Below are positions 19,161-28,925 of a stretch of DNA of 64,000 nucleotides, piece by piece. The stretch covers positions 1,376,001-1,440,000 of the forward strand of contig CAXXGO010000006.1 of the NCBI GenBank assembly GCA_963666835.2, in the 5' to 3' direction. The DNA is from Phycisphaerae bacterium (GTDB taxonomy: Bacteria > Planctomycetota > Phycisphaerae > UBA1845). The notes under the pieces are model-generated. The model worked only from the letters and a program-made list of their open reading frames with translations. It was not told the origin of the DNA and ran no database searches. The number at the start of each line of letters is the position of its first letter. Positions within the stretch are counted from its first letter, which is position 1. The position numbers and the translations under genes were made by a program.

Positions 19161-20135
19161 GTGGGCGATACGGCAGCCATAATCTTAGCGGCAGGCAAGA
19201 GCACGCGGATGAACAGTGAGCGTGCCAAGGTCTTGCACGAGATCTGCGGGCGGCCGATGCTGAGTTACGTGGTGAACGCTTGCCGCTTGGCGGGTGTGAA
19301 TAAGATTGTGGTGGTGGTTGGCTACGGCAAGGACGACGTAGTTCGGTCTCTCGGTGACGATCCGGGCGTTGAATGGGTGGAGCAGGCTGAGCAGAAGGGC
19401 ACCGGGCACGCGGTGCAGTGTTGTGCGGAGGCTTTGAAGGGCTTTTCGGGCAGTGTTCTGGTGATCGCGGGCGATATGCCGCTGGTTCGGCGGGTGACGC
19501 TTGCCGGGCTGATCCAGTCTCGGGAGAAGTCCGGTGATTCCGTGACCCTGGCTACGACCCATCTGGATGATCCCACGGGTTACGGTCGGATCGTTCGGGA
19601 CGGTCAAGGACGCTTGGAGGCGATTGTCGAGCATCGCGACTGCACGGAGTTGCAGCAGCAGATCCGAGAGGTCAATCCCAGCTACTACTGCTTTGACAGC
19701 GCGCGGTTGTTCGAGGCGTTGAATGAGGTTCAGGTGAGTCCCGACACCGGTGAATACTATGTGACCGATGTCGTGCAGGTTTTGCGGAAAGCGGGGCACG
19801 GCGTATCTGCCACGATTACCGTACCGGCGGAGGACGCGCGCGGGATCAACTCCAGGCTCGATCTGGCGATGGTCGGGCGCGTCATGGAAGACCGGATACA
19901 GTTGTCCCTTATTAGCGAAGGGGTGACGATCGTGGATCCGGACAACACCTGGATTGAGGCCGACGTGACGGGCGGCTGTGACTCGGTCATCTATCCTTTC
20001 TCCTTCGTCAGCGTTGGCGCGACGCTTGGGGAAAGATGCCGGATCGGTCCTTTTGCGATGATCGTTCCGGGCGAGGTGGTGCCCGACGGGGCGGTCGTCC
20101 AGCCCGTGTTGAGTCGTGGCGCGGGAGCTTCCTGA
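19161..20135 (+). CDS. glmU: UDP-GlcNAc pyrophosphorylase, short GlmU with truncated acetyltransferase domain
   Basis: ILAAGKSTRMNS..AKVLH, Q.EQKGTGHAV, GDMPL, PTGYGRIVR, EYYVTD; only a few hexapeptide turns at C-terminus. Confidence 0.88.
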   Translation: MGDTAAIILAAGKSTRMNSERAKVLHEICGRPMLSYVVNACRLAGVNKIVVVVGYGKDDVVRSLGDDPGVEWVEQAEQKGTGHAVQCCAEALKGFSGSVLVIAGDMPLVRRVTLAGLIQSREKSGDSVTLATTHLDDPTGYGRIVRDGQGRLEAIVEHRDCTELQQQIREVNPSYYCFDSARLFEALNEVQVSPDTGEYYVTDVVQVLRKAGHGVSATITVPAEDARGINSRLDLAMVGRVMEDRIQLSLISEGVTIVDPDNTWIEADVTGGCDSVIYPFSFVSVGATLGERCRIGPFAMIVPGEVVPDGAVVQPVLSRGAGAS

Positions 20136-20142
20136 GACTGGG

Positions 20143-21111
20143 ATGAGTGGAATGTCACCAGACTTACATCCGGAAGAGATTGTAGTATTCGGCGGGACCG
20201 CGAGCACGGTTCTGGCCGAGCGCATTTGCGAGTATCTTGACCTGCGCCGTGGGCGCGCGGTGGTCAGTAAGTTCCCCGACGGGGAGACTCTGGTCAAGAT
20301 CGAGGACGACGTTCGAGGGCGAGACTGCTTCATCGTGCAGTCCACGAGCCCGCCGGTGAACGACAACTTGATGGAGTTGTTGATTTTCATCGATAGCCTG
20401 CGGCGGGCCAGTGCCAAGCGAATCACGGCGGTCATTCCGTATTACGGTTATGCTCGACAGGATCGCAAGTCGGAAGGACGCACGCCGATTACGGCCAAAC
20501 TGGTTGCCAACATGGTCGCCAAAGCCGGAGTCAACCGGGTGCTGACGATGAACTTGCACGCCGACCAGATTCAGGGGTTTTTCGATATCCCGCTGGATCA
20601 CCTGACGGCGGCGCCGGTTCTTTCTCACCATTTTCTGGACAGGAATTTGGGTAATGCCGTTTTAGTGTCACCCGATGTGGGCAACATAAAGTTCGGAAGC
20701 GATTTCGCCGCGCGCATCGGGCGGGAGCTGGCCGTCATTCATAAGCGGCGGCTCACGGGTGACTCGACGGTGGCAGTGAACATCATCGGCGACGTTAAGG
20801 ACAAGAACGTGATGATGTTCGACGATATGATTGCAACGGCCGGGACGGTTTGCGAGGCGGTCAAGCTGGTGCGCAAACACGGGGCGCGGGATATTTTCGT
20901 CGGCGCCACTCATGCGGTGCTCGCGGGCCCGGCGATTGAGCGGCTGAATGCGGCGGAGATCAATGAGATTGTCGTAACCGATACGATTCCGCTTTCGTCG
21001 GAGATCAAGGCGAAACTGAACAATCTCACGGTACTTTCGGTGGCCGACCTGGTCGGTGAGGCGATCCGACGGATCCACGAGCATAGATCGGTCAGCGCAT
21101 TGTTTTGCTAA
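20143..21111 (+). CDS. prs: Ribose-phosphate pyrophosphokinase
   Basis: FPDGE, PYYGYARQDRK, LHADQIQGFF, SPDVG, DDMIATAGT. Confidence 0.97.
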   Translation: MSGMSPDLHPEEIVVFGGTASTVLAERICEYLDLRRGRAVVSKFPDGETLVKIEDDVRGRDCFIVQSTSPPVNDNLMELLIFIDSLRRASAKRITAVIPYYGYARQDRKSEGRTPITAKLVANMVAKAGVNRVLTMNLHADQIQGFFDIPLDHLTAAPVLSHHFLDRNLGNAVLVSPDVGNIKFGSDFAARIGRELAVIHKRRLTGDSTVAVNIIGDVKDKNVMMFDDMIATAGTVCEAVKLVRKHGARDIFVGATHAVLAGPAIERLNAAEINEIVVTDTIPLSSEIKAKLNNLTVLSVADLVGEAIRRIHEHRSVSALFC

Positions 21112-21135
21112 GAGCAACTGGAGACTGATACAGCG

Positions 21136-21780
21136 ATGGAGAATCTGACACTAAAGGCGGAGACGCGAACTGCCACGGGAACGCGTGCAGTGCGCAAGCT
21201 GCGCGAGACCGGGCAGTTGCCTGCGGTGATATACGGCCACGGGGAGCCGCCGGTGAGCATTTCCTTGTCTCAGCATGACGTGGAATTGGCTCTGACTCAC
21301 GGCGCTCGTACTCTGGATGTGGCGGTCAAGGGGGATAGCAAGCCGTACCTGATCAAAGAAGTGCAATACGATCATCTGGGGCATCTGCCGATCCACCTTG
21401 ACTTGGCGCGGGTTGATCTCAACGAACGGGTAACCGTGTCGGTCGGTATTGAACTCCGCGGAACTCCCGTGGGAGTCAACGAAGGTGGGATCCTCGAGCA
21501 GAATGTGCAGAGCGTGGAGGTCGAATGCGTAGTAACGAATATTCCCGAGACGCTTCGTCCGCTGGTGAGCAGTCTCGCCCTGGGTGAGTCGCTACTCGTC
21601 AAGGATCTGGAGCTGCCCCCGGGAGTCCGGTGCCTGACAGACGGTGACGAGCGCATCGCGACGGTGCGGGCACTCGTCGAAGCCGCCGAACCCGAGCCGG
21701 GCGAGGAAGGCGAAGAGGAAGCCGCGATGCCCGAGCGGATCGGACGGGTACGCAAGGACGAGGGTGGGGCCGAAGGCTAG
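21136..21780 (+). CDS. rplY: 50S ribosomal protein L25/Ctc
   Basis: LRETGQLPAVIYGHG, IKEVQYD...HLD, G.P.GV..GG.L; syntenic prs-rplY-pth. Confidence 0.95.
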   Translation: MENLTLKAETRTATGTRAVRKLRETGQLPAVIYGHGEPPVSISLSQHDVELALTHGARTLDVAVKGDSKPYLIKEVQYDHLGHLPIHLDLARVDLNERVTVSVGIELRGTPVGVNEGGILEQNVQSVEVECVVTNIPETLRPLVSSLALGESLLVKDLELPPGVRCLTDGDERIATVRALVEAAEPEPGEEGEEEAAMPERIGRVRKDEGGAEG

Positions 21781-21805
21781 TCTTCGGCCCGGGTGATTTC
21801 GCACC

Positions 21806-22375
21806 GTGAAGCTGATCGTCGGCTTGGGAAACCCCGGGGCGAAGTACGCCGGAACCCGGCACAACGTGGGTTACGACGTAGTAGACCTGCTGGCGGTGAG
21901 GTGCGGAGCGGACCTGAAGGTCGAGAAGTTTCACGCGTGGTTCGGGCAAGGGCAGCTCGGCGGTCAGCGCATTGTGTTGCTGAAGCCGACCACGTTTATG
22001 AACCGCAGCGGGCAGGCGGTTGTCGCGGCCGGGCGGTTCTATAAGTTGGAGTTGGAGGATCTGGTCGTTATTGCGGACGACATGGCCTTGCCGCTCGGGC
22101 GGCTCCGCTTGCGGGCGGGCGGCTCGTCGGGTGGTCATAACGGGTTGCAGAACGTTATCGATCGCGTCGGCTCGGATCAATGGAGTCGGCTGCGAGTTGG
22201 CATCGGAGAACCCATTGGGGTGCCGACGGTGCACGTGCTGACCAGGTTTGACGAAGTGGAAGAGGAGACGATGCGGCGAGCGCGGAGCTTGGCCGCGGAA
22301 GCTGTTGAGTGTTGGGTGGAGAACGGCGTGGATTTGGCGATGACGCGCTACAACGGCGATCCGCCACCACCGTAG
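21806..22375 (+). CDS. pth: Peptidyl-tRNA hydrolase
   Basis: LIVGLGNPG..Y..TRHNVG, KPTTFMNRSG, GSSGGHNGL, RLRVGIG. Confidence 0.97.
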   Translation: MKLIVGLGNPGAKYAGTRHNVGYDVVDLLAVRCGADLKVEKFHAWFGQGQLGGQRIVLLKPTTFMNRSGQAVVAAGRFYKLELEDLVVIADDMALPLGRLRLRAGGSSGGHNGLQNVIDRVGSDQWSRLRVGIGEPIGVPTVHVLTRFDEVEEETMRRARSLAAEAVECWVENGVDLAMTRYNGDPPPP

Positions 22376-22435
22376 TCGAGCAGCGAATGGTCGCCGCATG
22401 CTGCTCGGTGCGAATAACGTAGGAGATGACAGACG

Positions 22436-22978
22436 TTGAACCAGTATGAAGCCATGTTCCTGTTCGACCCCGCCTTTGGGGATTCGTTCGAGAATTGCGA
22501 ATCGGAGATTCGCCGTCTGATGGAGCGGGCGGACGCGGAGCTTCTCTTTTGCCGGGTTTGGGACGAGAGGCGTCTGGCCTACCGGGTGAATGGTCGGAAG
22601 CGGGGCGTCTATGTGTTGACGTATTTCAACGCCCCGCCCGACAAGATTGCCGGTATGGAACGCGACGTTAAGCTCGGTGAGAATACTCTGCGCGTCCTGA
22701 TTGTCAGGGCTGACGGGGTGACCCCGGAAATGATGGACCGGATGTGCTCCGCGCGAGGTGAAGAGCGGCCGGCTGAAGGCGAAGAGGGTGAGGATTCCGG
22801 GACGGAGTTCCTGGATGATGACGAATCTTCGGTAGATGGCGAGCCCGTCGTCGTTGTTGCCGCCGGCAAAGGCGCGGTGGAGCCCTCGGGTGAGGGAGTT
22901 GCCGCGGTAGCCGCCGAGCCGGAAGACGACGCGGATGACGAGAAGATCGCCGAGTCGGGCACGGCCGCACCGGAATAA
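22436..22978 (+). CDS. rpsF: 30S ribosomal protein S6 with long acidic tail
   Basis: TTG start after AGGAG; YEAMFLFDP, WDERRLAYRV....GVY.L. Confidence 0.93.
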   Translation: MNQYEAMFLFDPAFGDSFENCESEIRRLMERADAELLFCRVWDERRLAYRVNGRKRGVYVLTYFNAPPDKIAGMERDVKLGENTLRVLIVRADGVTPEMMDRMCSARGEERPAEGEEGEDSGTEFLDDDESSVDGEPVVVVAAGKGAVEPSGEGVAAVAAEPEDDADDEKIAESGTAAPE

Positions 22979-23018
22979 CGCTGTTCGTTCGCCTTTGTCT
23001 TCATTGGAGGGTGGCATT

Positions 23019-23474
23019 ATGGCTAGCTACAACCGTGTGGTCTTGATGGGGAATCTGACGCGCGACCCGCAATTGAGCTATACCCCGGCCAACACCGCGA
23101 TGTGTAAGTTCGGGCTCGCGACGAACCGCAAGTGGAAGGATCGGGACGGCAATCTCCAAGAGGAGGTCTGCTTTGTCGATTGCACTTTGTTCGGGCGCGG
23201 GGCCGAGACCTTCAACCAATATATGGCGAAGGGACGCGGGGTTTTGGTCGAAGGACGTTTACAGTACGACCAGTGGACGACTCCGGAGGGTGACAAGCGG
23301 AGCAAGCACGTAGTTGTTGTTGAGACATTCACGTTCGTCGGAGGACGTGACGGTGGTAGCAGCGGTGGTCCGCCGAGAAACGATGAGTTCCGAGGAGCGG
23401 CGCCGGTGGCGGCGGCTCCTCCTGTTGCGTATGAGGCGCCTCCGCCTCCTTCCGACGACAACATCCCGTTCTAG
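23019..23474 (+). CDS. ssb: Single-stranded DNA-binding protein
   Basis: GGAGG RBS; NRVVLMGNLTRDP, VEGRL...W, C-terminal DDNIPF. Confidence 0.97.
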   Translation: MASYNRVVLMGNLTRDPQLSYTPANTAMCKFGLATNRKWKDRDGNLQEEVCFVDCTLFGRGAETFNQYMAKGRGVLVEGRLQYDQWTTPEGDKRSKHVVVVETFTFVGGRDGGSSGGPPRNDEFRGAAPVAAAPPVAYEAPPPPSDDNIPF

Positions 23475-23604
23475 TTCGCGGCAGACGGGATTGGGACGGG
23501 GTTGGCGGCCCGGACCGATGATCGCGGCGGCGAGATGAGGTTTATAGAGTGTTGTGTACCCCGCGGATGCGGGCCTGCGAACTTAGAGAGTTGAGAACCG
23601 GACG

Positions 23605-24126
23605 ATGAAGCTGCTTCTGTGTAAGAACGTCGACAAACTGGGCATCGTGGGTGACGTGGTTGAAGTCTCCGCCGGCTATGCCCGCAACTACTTGGTACCG
23701 ACCGGGCTGGCTACTGAGCCGACCGAGGCGAACATGCGAGCGCTGGCCGAGGAGCGCCGGATTGCCGAGCATGAGCGTACGCGCAAGCGCGCGGAGCTGC
23801 AGGCTCTGGCCGAGCGAATCGAGGGCGCGGAGGTTACGATACGGGCGCGCACGAACCAGGATGGAGTGCTGTACGGTTCGGTCGGACCGCGCGAGATAGC
23901 CACGGCTCTGGAGGAGGAGGACTTCTTCATCGATCCGGCTCAGATCGTCCTGGACCGCCCCATTCGCCATTTGGACACGGTTTCGGTAGAGGTGAAACTC
24001 GCCGACGATCTTCGCAGCACTATCAAGGTGTGGGTTGTTCGCGAGAAGACTGAAGAGGACGAGGACGAAGAGGAAGTTGATGCCGACAGGGAGGTTGGCG
24101 CCGATGACGACCGCGCCGACGAGTAG
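23605..24126 (+). CDS. rplI: 50S ribosomal protein L9
   Basis: LGIVGDVVEVSAGYARNYLVP, G.LYGSV. Confidence 0.96.
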   Translation: MKLLLCKNVDKLGIVGDVVEVSAGYARNYLVPTGLATEPTEANMRALAEERRIAEHERTRKRAELQALAERIEGAEVTIRARTNQDGVLYGSVGPREIATALEEEDFFIDPAQIVLDRPIRHLDTVSVEVKLADDLRSTIKVWVVREKTEEDEDEEEVDADREVGADDDRADE

Positions 24127-25510
24127 TCCGTTGGCCCAAACGCGTTCGGAACGGCTTCCGCCGCAAGATCTGGACGCGGAGATGGCCTTGCTCGGCTCGA
24201 TGATGATGAGCCGCGACGCAATTAGCGAGGTCATTCCAATCATCGGGCGGGAGGAGAGCCATTGGTTCTACCTGCCCGTCCATCAGAGGCTGTTCGAGGT
24301 CCTCATCGACCTCTACGACGATCCGACCAAGGCGATCGACCTGATCATCGTCTCGGACGAGCTGCGTCGGCGGGAACTGCTCGAGTTCGTGGGCGGACAG
24401 GACTACATGGTCCAGCTCGCGGACAGTTTCGCCGAATGGGCCAACGCGGAGCATTACGCCAGAATCGTTCGCGATAAGGGTATGCTCCGTGACCTGATTC
24501 GCTGCGCCGCAGAGATCGCCGACGAGGCCTACAGCGGGATGGACGAAGCCCGTGAGATCCTCGACAGTGCCGAGCAGAAGATCTTCAATACGACCGAACG
24601 CCGGGTCGCCGGGCAGGCGGTCGGAATCCGCGACGTCGTTACGCGCTTGGCTCGGCTACTCCAAGACCGCTCGGAGGACTCGACTACCGGGCTGCATACC
24701 GGGTTTACCCAGTTGGATGAGTACACCGGTGGTTTCCAGCGGGGCGATCTAATCATCATGGCCGCCCGCCCCTCGATGGGTAAGACCGCTCTGGGGTTGA
24801 CCATCGCCCAGCACATGGCCTTGGTTGAGCGGATCCCGGTCGCGTTCTTCTCAATGGAGATGAGCAACGATCAGGTCGCGCAGCGGTTGATCTGCTCCCA
24901 TTCGGGCATCGACCTCCAACGTCTTCGCCGCCGAATGCTCTCAGACGAAGATATGAGGCAACTCCTCAACGCGTGCGCCGATTTCGAAGACTCGCCGTTC
25001 TATGTCGACGACACCCCGGGGATGACGGCGATGGAGCTCCGATCCAAAGCTCGGCGTCTCAAACAGCGGGCGGACATTCAGGCCGTGTTTGTTGATTACC
25101 TGCAGCTTATGCACACTCCCAAGGCCGAGAGCCGGCAAGTTGAGATTGCGGCGATAAGCCGGGGGCTCAAGGGGCTTGGGCGCGAGTTGGGTATCCCGGT
25201 TATTGCGATGGCCCAGCTTAACCGCATGTCGGAAGGTCGCCAGGACAAGCGCCCGCTGATGAGTGATCTCCGTGAATCCGGAGCGATCGAACAGGACGCG
25301 GATGTGGTACTGCTCATTCACCGCGAGGAGTACTACAAGCCGGAGGACGAGTCGGTCAAGGGCATTTCAGAGTTGATCATTGCCAAACAGCGCAACGGTC
25401 CGACCGGGACCGTTAAGGTCTGTTTTGACAAGAAGCTAACGCGTTTTACCAATCTATCCATGGTACCGGAACCGTACGCCGCCGCGGCCGGACCTGTGGA
25501 TCCTTTCTAG
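24104..25510 (+). CDS. dnaB: Replicative DNA helicase
   Basis: PPQDLDAEMALLG, AARPSMGKT, FSMEM, DYLQLM, QLNR, SDLRESGAIEQDAD, AKQRNGPTG; GGGAGG RBS before ATG 24104. Confidence 0.97.
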   Translation: MTTAPTSSPLAQTRSERLPPQDLDAEMALLGSMMMSRDAISEVIPIIGREESHWFYLPVHQRLFEVLIDLYDDPTKAIDLIIVSDELRRRELLEFVGGQDYMVQLADSFAEWANAEHYARIVRDKGMLRDLIRCAAEIADEAYSGMDEAREILDSAEQKIFNTTERRVAGQAVGIRDVVTRLARLLQDRSEDSTTGLHTGFTQLDEYTGGFQRGDLIIMAARPSMGKTALGLTIAQHMALVERIPVAFFSMEMSNDQVAQRLICSHSGIDLQRLRRRMLSDEDMRQLLNACADFEDSPFYVDDTPGMTAMELRSKARRLKQRADIQAVFVDYLQLMHTPKAESRQVEIAAISRGLKGLGRELGIPVIAMAQLNRMSEGRQDKRPLMSDLRESGAIEQDADVVLLIHREEYYKPEDESVKGISELIIAKQRNGPTGTVKVCFDKKLTRFTNLSMVPEPYAAAAGPVDPF

Positions 25511-25674
25511 CCCGCGAATACGAGCATCGGACGGGTGGCGTCTTCGGAGGGGTAGGGGCGTGCGCATGGCCGCGCCGTCGGGAGTGTGCCCTTTGCCGCG
25601 GGTCCGAACGGGTGGTAACATGCCGCTCGTTGGCGCGCCGAGACTTCGATCCCAATCGCGATCAGGATACAGCG

Positions 25675-27996
25675 TTGAAAACAGACAGAAACACAAAGCG
25701 TCGTTGGCTGCGGAACGTTCTGGGGTTTTGTTGTCTGGCGTTGGTGCCGGCGGCGATCGCCGAAGACGGAGTTCTCTCGATCAAGTCTGTGGAATTCAGC
25801 GGGTTAACCCGATCGAGCGAGGTCTATGTGCGCGACGTCGTTGAGGTGGAGGCGGGCGCGGCTTTCGACCCGGCGAAACTGGAGGAGGCGGTGGATCGCT
25901 TGCTACGCACCGGACGGTTTCTTTCCGCCCGGTATACCGTGGCGGAAGAACCGGACGGGATGCGAATCACGTTCGTCGTGGTCGAGCGGCAAGTGCTCAC
26001 GGCCATCCGTTTCGAGGGGAACACGAAGTTCAAGGACGCCCGGCTGAGCAAGGTCGTAACCGCGCAGGTCGGCGACCCGGTGGATCGATTCGCGGCGGTG
26101 ATGGGCGCCGAGGCGATTGCGGAGAAATACGAAACCGCCGGATACGGTGACGTATCGGTGACATACGATCGGGAGCTTCTCAATCAAACCGGTGAGCTGG
26201 TCTTCACTATTGTCGAAGGGGCTCGGGTTCGGATTCGCGAGATTCGCTTTGAGGGTAGCACGGCGTTTCCGGCGCGGGAGCTCAAGCGGCAGATCGAAAC
26301 GAAACAGGCGTTTCTGATCCTCTGGGTCGGGGCGTTCGACGAGGATCGGGTGGAGGCGGATCTTGCCAGGCTGCAGAAGTACTATCGCGATCACGGGTTC
26401 CTCGATGCCGAGGTGGGCTATCGAGTAGAGAATCGCGGGTCCGACACGGATATTGCCTTGGTGTTTGAAATCGAGGAAGGGGCGCAGTACTCGATCGAGA
26501 CCATCGAGTTCCGCGGTTCCGCGGTGTTCAGTACGGAGGAACTTACCGATCTGGTAGAGTCGAAAGTCGGCGCGGCGGTCAAACGTCTGAAGGTCGACCG
26601 AGACGTTGAGCGCGTGCGCGATGCCTATTGGGAGCAGGGATACATATACGTCACAGTTCGGGCAATCCGGGTGTTTTCAGAGGAGCCCGGATTGGTGCGG
26701 CTGACGTTCGATATTCAGGAGGGAGAGCAGTATCGGGTCGGCAAGATCGTCGTTCGCGGGAACGCCCGAACGAAAGACAAGGTCGCTCGGCGCGCCTTGA
26801 ACCTCTACCCTCCGGACGATCTGTTCGACATGACCGAGGCCAAAGAAGCTGAACGGCGCCTGCGTGATACGGGGGCCTTCAGTGCCGGGCGCGTTACTCC
26901 GGTCGGCGATGCCCCGGGGGTGCGGGACGTTGTCATCGACGTTGAGGAAGCGGATAAATCGGGCGATTTCCTCTTCGGGTTCGGGGTCACCAGCAACAGC
27001 GGCTTGGTCGGGACGTTGACGCTGGATCTGCAGAACTTCGATTACAGGGATTGGCCGCGAAGCTGGGGCGAGTTCTTCAGGTTCCGATCGTTCTTCGGGG
27101 CGGGGCAACACATGCGGATCGAGCTCCAGCCGGGTGCCGATGTGAATCGGTTCCGAATCGATTTCACCGAACCGTATCTAATGGACAAGCCGATCCGCTT
27201 CGACTGGAGTGCCTATCTGTTTGAGCGCGGGCGAGACGGGTACAACGAGCGCCGGGCGGGGACCACGCTCAGCCTCGGCAAGCGGTTCGAGCATGGCCGT
27301 CTGCAAGGCTGGTCCGGAGAGATGGCCCTCCGTCTGGAGTCCGTCAACATTGACGATATCGACCTGTTTGCGTCGGGCCAGGTCCGGGACGACGAAGGTT
27401 CGAACCTGTTGACCTCAGCGAAGGTCACTCTGGTAAGGGACCGTACGGATAACCGGTTTCTGCCGTCGTCAGGCGATCGACTGCGACTGAGCTACGAGCA
27501 GTTCGGGGTTCTGGGCGGCGATCACAATTTCGGCAGAGTGTCAGCGCGCTATCAGTGGTATAAGACGATCAAGACGGATCTGCTCGACCGCAAGAGCGTA
27601 TTGCAGCTCCGGGCGGAAGGGGGCGCAATCGTCGGCGATGCACCCGTCTTCGAGCGTTTCTACGCCGGTGGAACCGGTTCGATCCGTGGTTTCGAGTTCC
27701 GCGGAGTCGGCCCCCGGGACGGGATCGATGACACCAACGTCGGCGGAGACTTCCTCGTTCTGATGGGGGCTGAGTATAGCTACCCGATCTATACCGAGGC
27801 GCTTCGCGGTCACATCTTCCTGGACACCGGCACGGCCGGTACGGGCGGATATCGTGCATCGATCGGTACCGGAATCCGCTTGATTATCAGGGCGCTTGGG
27901 CCAATGCCTCTGGAATTGAACTTGGCTGTTCCGGTCTCGTCTGACAGCGGTGATGAGGAGCAAGTGTTCAGTTTCGTGATGGGCGGTATGTTCTAG
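25675..27996 (+). CDS. bamA: Outer membrane protein assembly factor BamA
   Basis: Signal peptide, POTRA repeats, FYAGG.GSIRGF motif, terminal Phe; TTG start assumed. Confidence 0.93.
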   Translation: MKTDRNTKRRWLRNVLGFCCLALVPAAIAEDGVLSIKSVEFSGLTRSSEVYVRDVVEVEAGAAFDPAKLEEAVDRLLRTGRFLSARYTVAEEPDGMRITFVVVERQVLTAIRFEGNTKFKDARLSKVVTAQVGDPVDRFAAVMGAEAIAEKYETAGYGDVSVTYDRELLNQTGELVFTIVEGARVRIREIRFEGSTAFPARELKRQIETKQAFLILWVGAFDEDRVEADLARLQKYYRDHGFLDAEVGYRVENRGSDTDIALVFEIEEGAQYSIETIEFRGSAVFSTEELTDLVESKVGAAVKRLKVDRDVERVRDAYWEQGYIYVTVRAIRVFSEEPGLVRLTFDIQEGEQYRVGKIVVRGNARTKDKVARRALNLYPPDDLFDMTEAKEAERRLRDTGAFSAGRVTPVGDAPGVRDVVIDVEEADKSGDFLFGFGVTSNSGLVGTLTLDLQNFDYRDWPRSWGEFFRFRSFFGAGQHMRIELQPGADVNRFRIDFTEPYLMDKPIRFDWSAYLFERGRDGYNERRAGTTLSLGKRFEHGRLQGWSGEMALRLESVNIDDIDLFASGQVRDDEGSNLLTSAKVTLVRDRTDNRFLPSSGDRLRLSYEQFGVLGGDHNFGRVSARYQWYKTIKTDLLDRKSVLQLRAEGGAIVGDAPVFERFYAGGTGSIRGFEFRGVGPRDGIDDTNVGGDFLVLMGAEYSYPIYTEALRGHIFLDTGTAGTGGYRASIGTGIRLIIRALGPMPLELNLAVPVSSDSGDEEQVFSFVMGGMF

Positions 27997-28283
27997 CGCC
28001 GTTCCCGAGAAGGTGGCTGCGGCTCCTCCTTCCTCCTCACTGAGGAGGGTCCGGGGTGGTTGTTTGCCGGTTCGAACAAACCCATCCATGCTCCGTGGCG
28101 CGCCGGTTCCTGTCCCGGGCGCGGGGTTCCGGCAGGGGTAGGTTCGCCGCGTACCCGGGGTGAGGGGTTTCCCGTTTGCGGTCCCGTGGGTACCGTGGTT
28201 CGCTGGGGGTTGTCCTGCGGGCGGTCGCGGCGACAATGCGGTTGATTTGATTCGTCATGATCCGAGTTGACAAGGAAATCGAA

Positions 28284-28925
28284 ATGATGCGGATGCTGGT
28301 TTTGTCGTGCATGGCGGCGGTTACGTTGATTGGGCAGCAGGTGGCCGTGGGGCAGCCGGTTGTTGCCGTGGTGAATGTGGCCGAGGTTTCAGAGCGATAT
28401 CAGAAGACGGGGGATCTGGAGGCGCAGTTCGACGAGATTAGGAAGCAGCTTAACGACAAGCGCGAGTCGCTGCGGCAGAGGATTGAACTTACAGTCCGGT
28501 CGCTACAGGAGGAGTTCAAGCCGGGAACCGATGACTATCGGCAGCGGCACAAGCAGCTCGCTCTCCTCGAGGCGGAGGAGAAGTACTTCGTGGAATCGGA
28601 GACGCGGGCGATCGAGCAGGGCATGGCCCAGTCTCTTCGCGCGATCTTTGATGACATCCAGGTGGCCGTGCAGCAGGTGGCGGAGGAGAAGGGTGTGGAT
28701 ATCGTTCTGGCTGCCGATCGGATGCCCGAAGGTGTGTCGGACTCTGCGGTGCAGGTTCGCCAACAGATCATGTTGCAGAAGGTGCTCTACTGGAGCCCCC
28801 AAGTGAGCTTGACTGACGCCGTGGTGACTCGCCTTAATGCTACATACGCGGCGAAGGGTGGCAAGGCGTCGCTTGACCCGGCTCCGGTGGCCGGCTCGGC
28901 GGGACAACCGCGCGAAACGAGATGA
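28284..28925 (+). CDS. skp: Skp/OmpH periplasmic chaperone
   Basis: Signal peptide, VAVVN, long coiled coil, VAEEKGVDIVL, LTDAVV; position between bamA and lpxD. Confidence 0.88.
   Translation: MMRMLVLSCMAAVTLIGQQVAVGQPVVAVVNVAEVSERYQKTGDLEAQFDEIRKQLNDKRESLRQRIELTVRSLQEEFKPGTDDYRQRHKQLALLEAEEKYFVESETRAIEQGMAQSLRAIFDDIQVAVQQVAEEKGVDIVLAADRMPEGVSDSAVQVRQQIMLQKVLYWSPQVSLTDAVVTRLNATYAAKGGKASLDPAPVAGSAGQPRETR

Noticed and set aside
23475..23604. Missing rpsR between ssb and rplI
   Set aside because: No S18 remnant seen; to my knowledge relocation of rpsR is common in this phylum, so not treated as novel.
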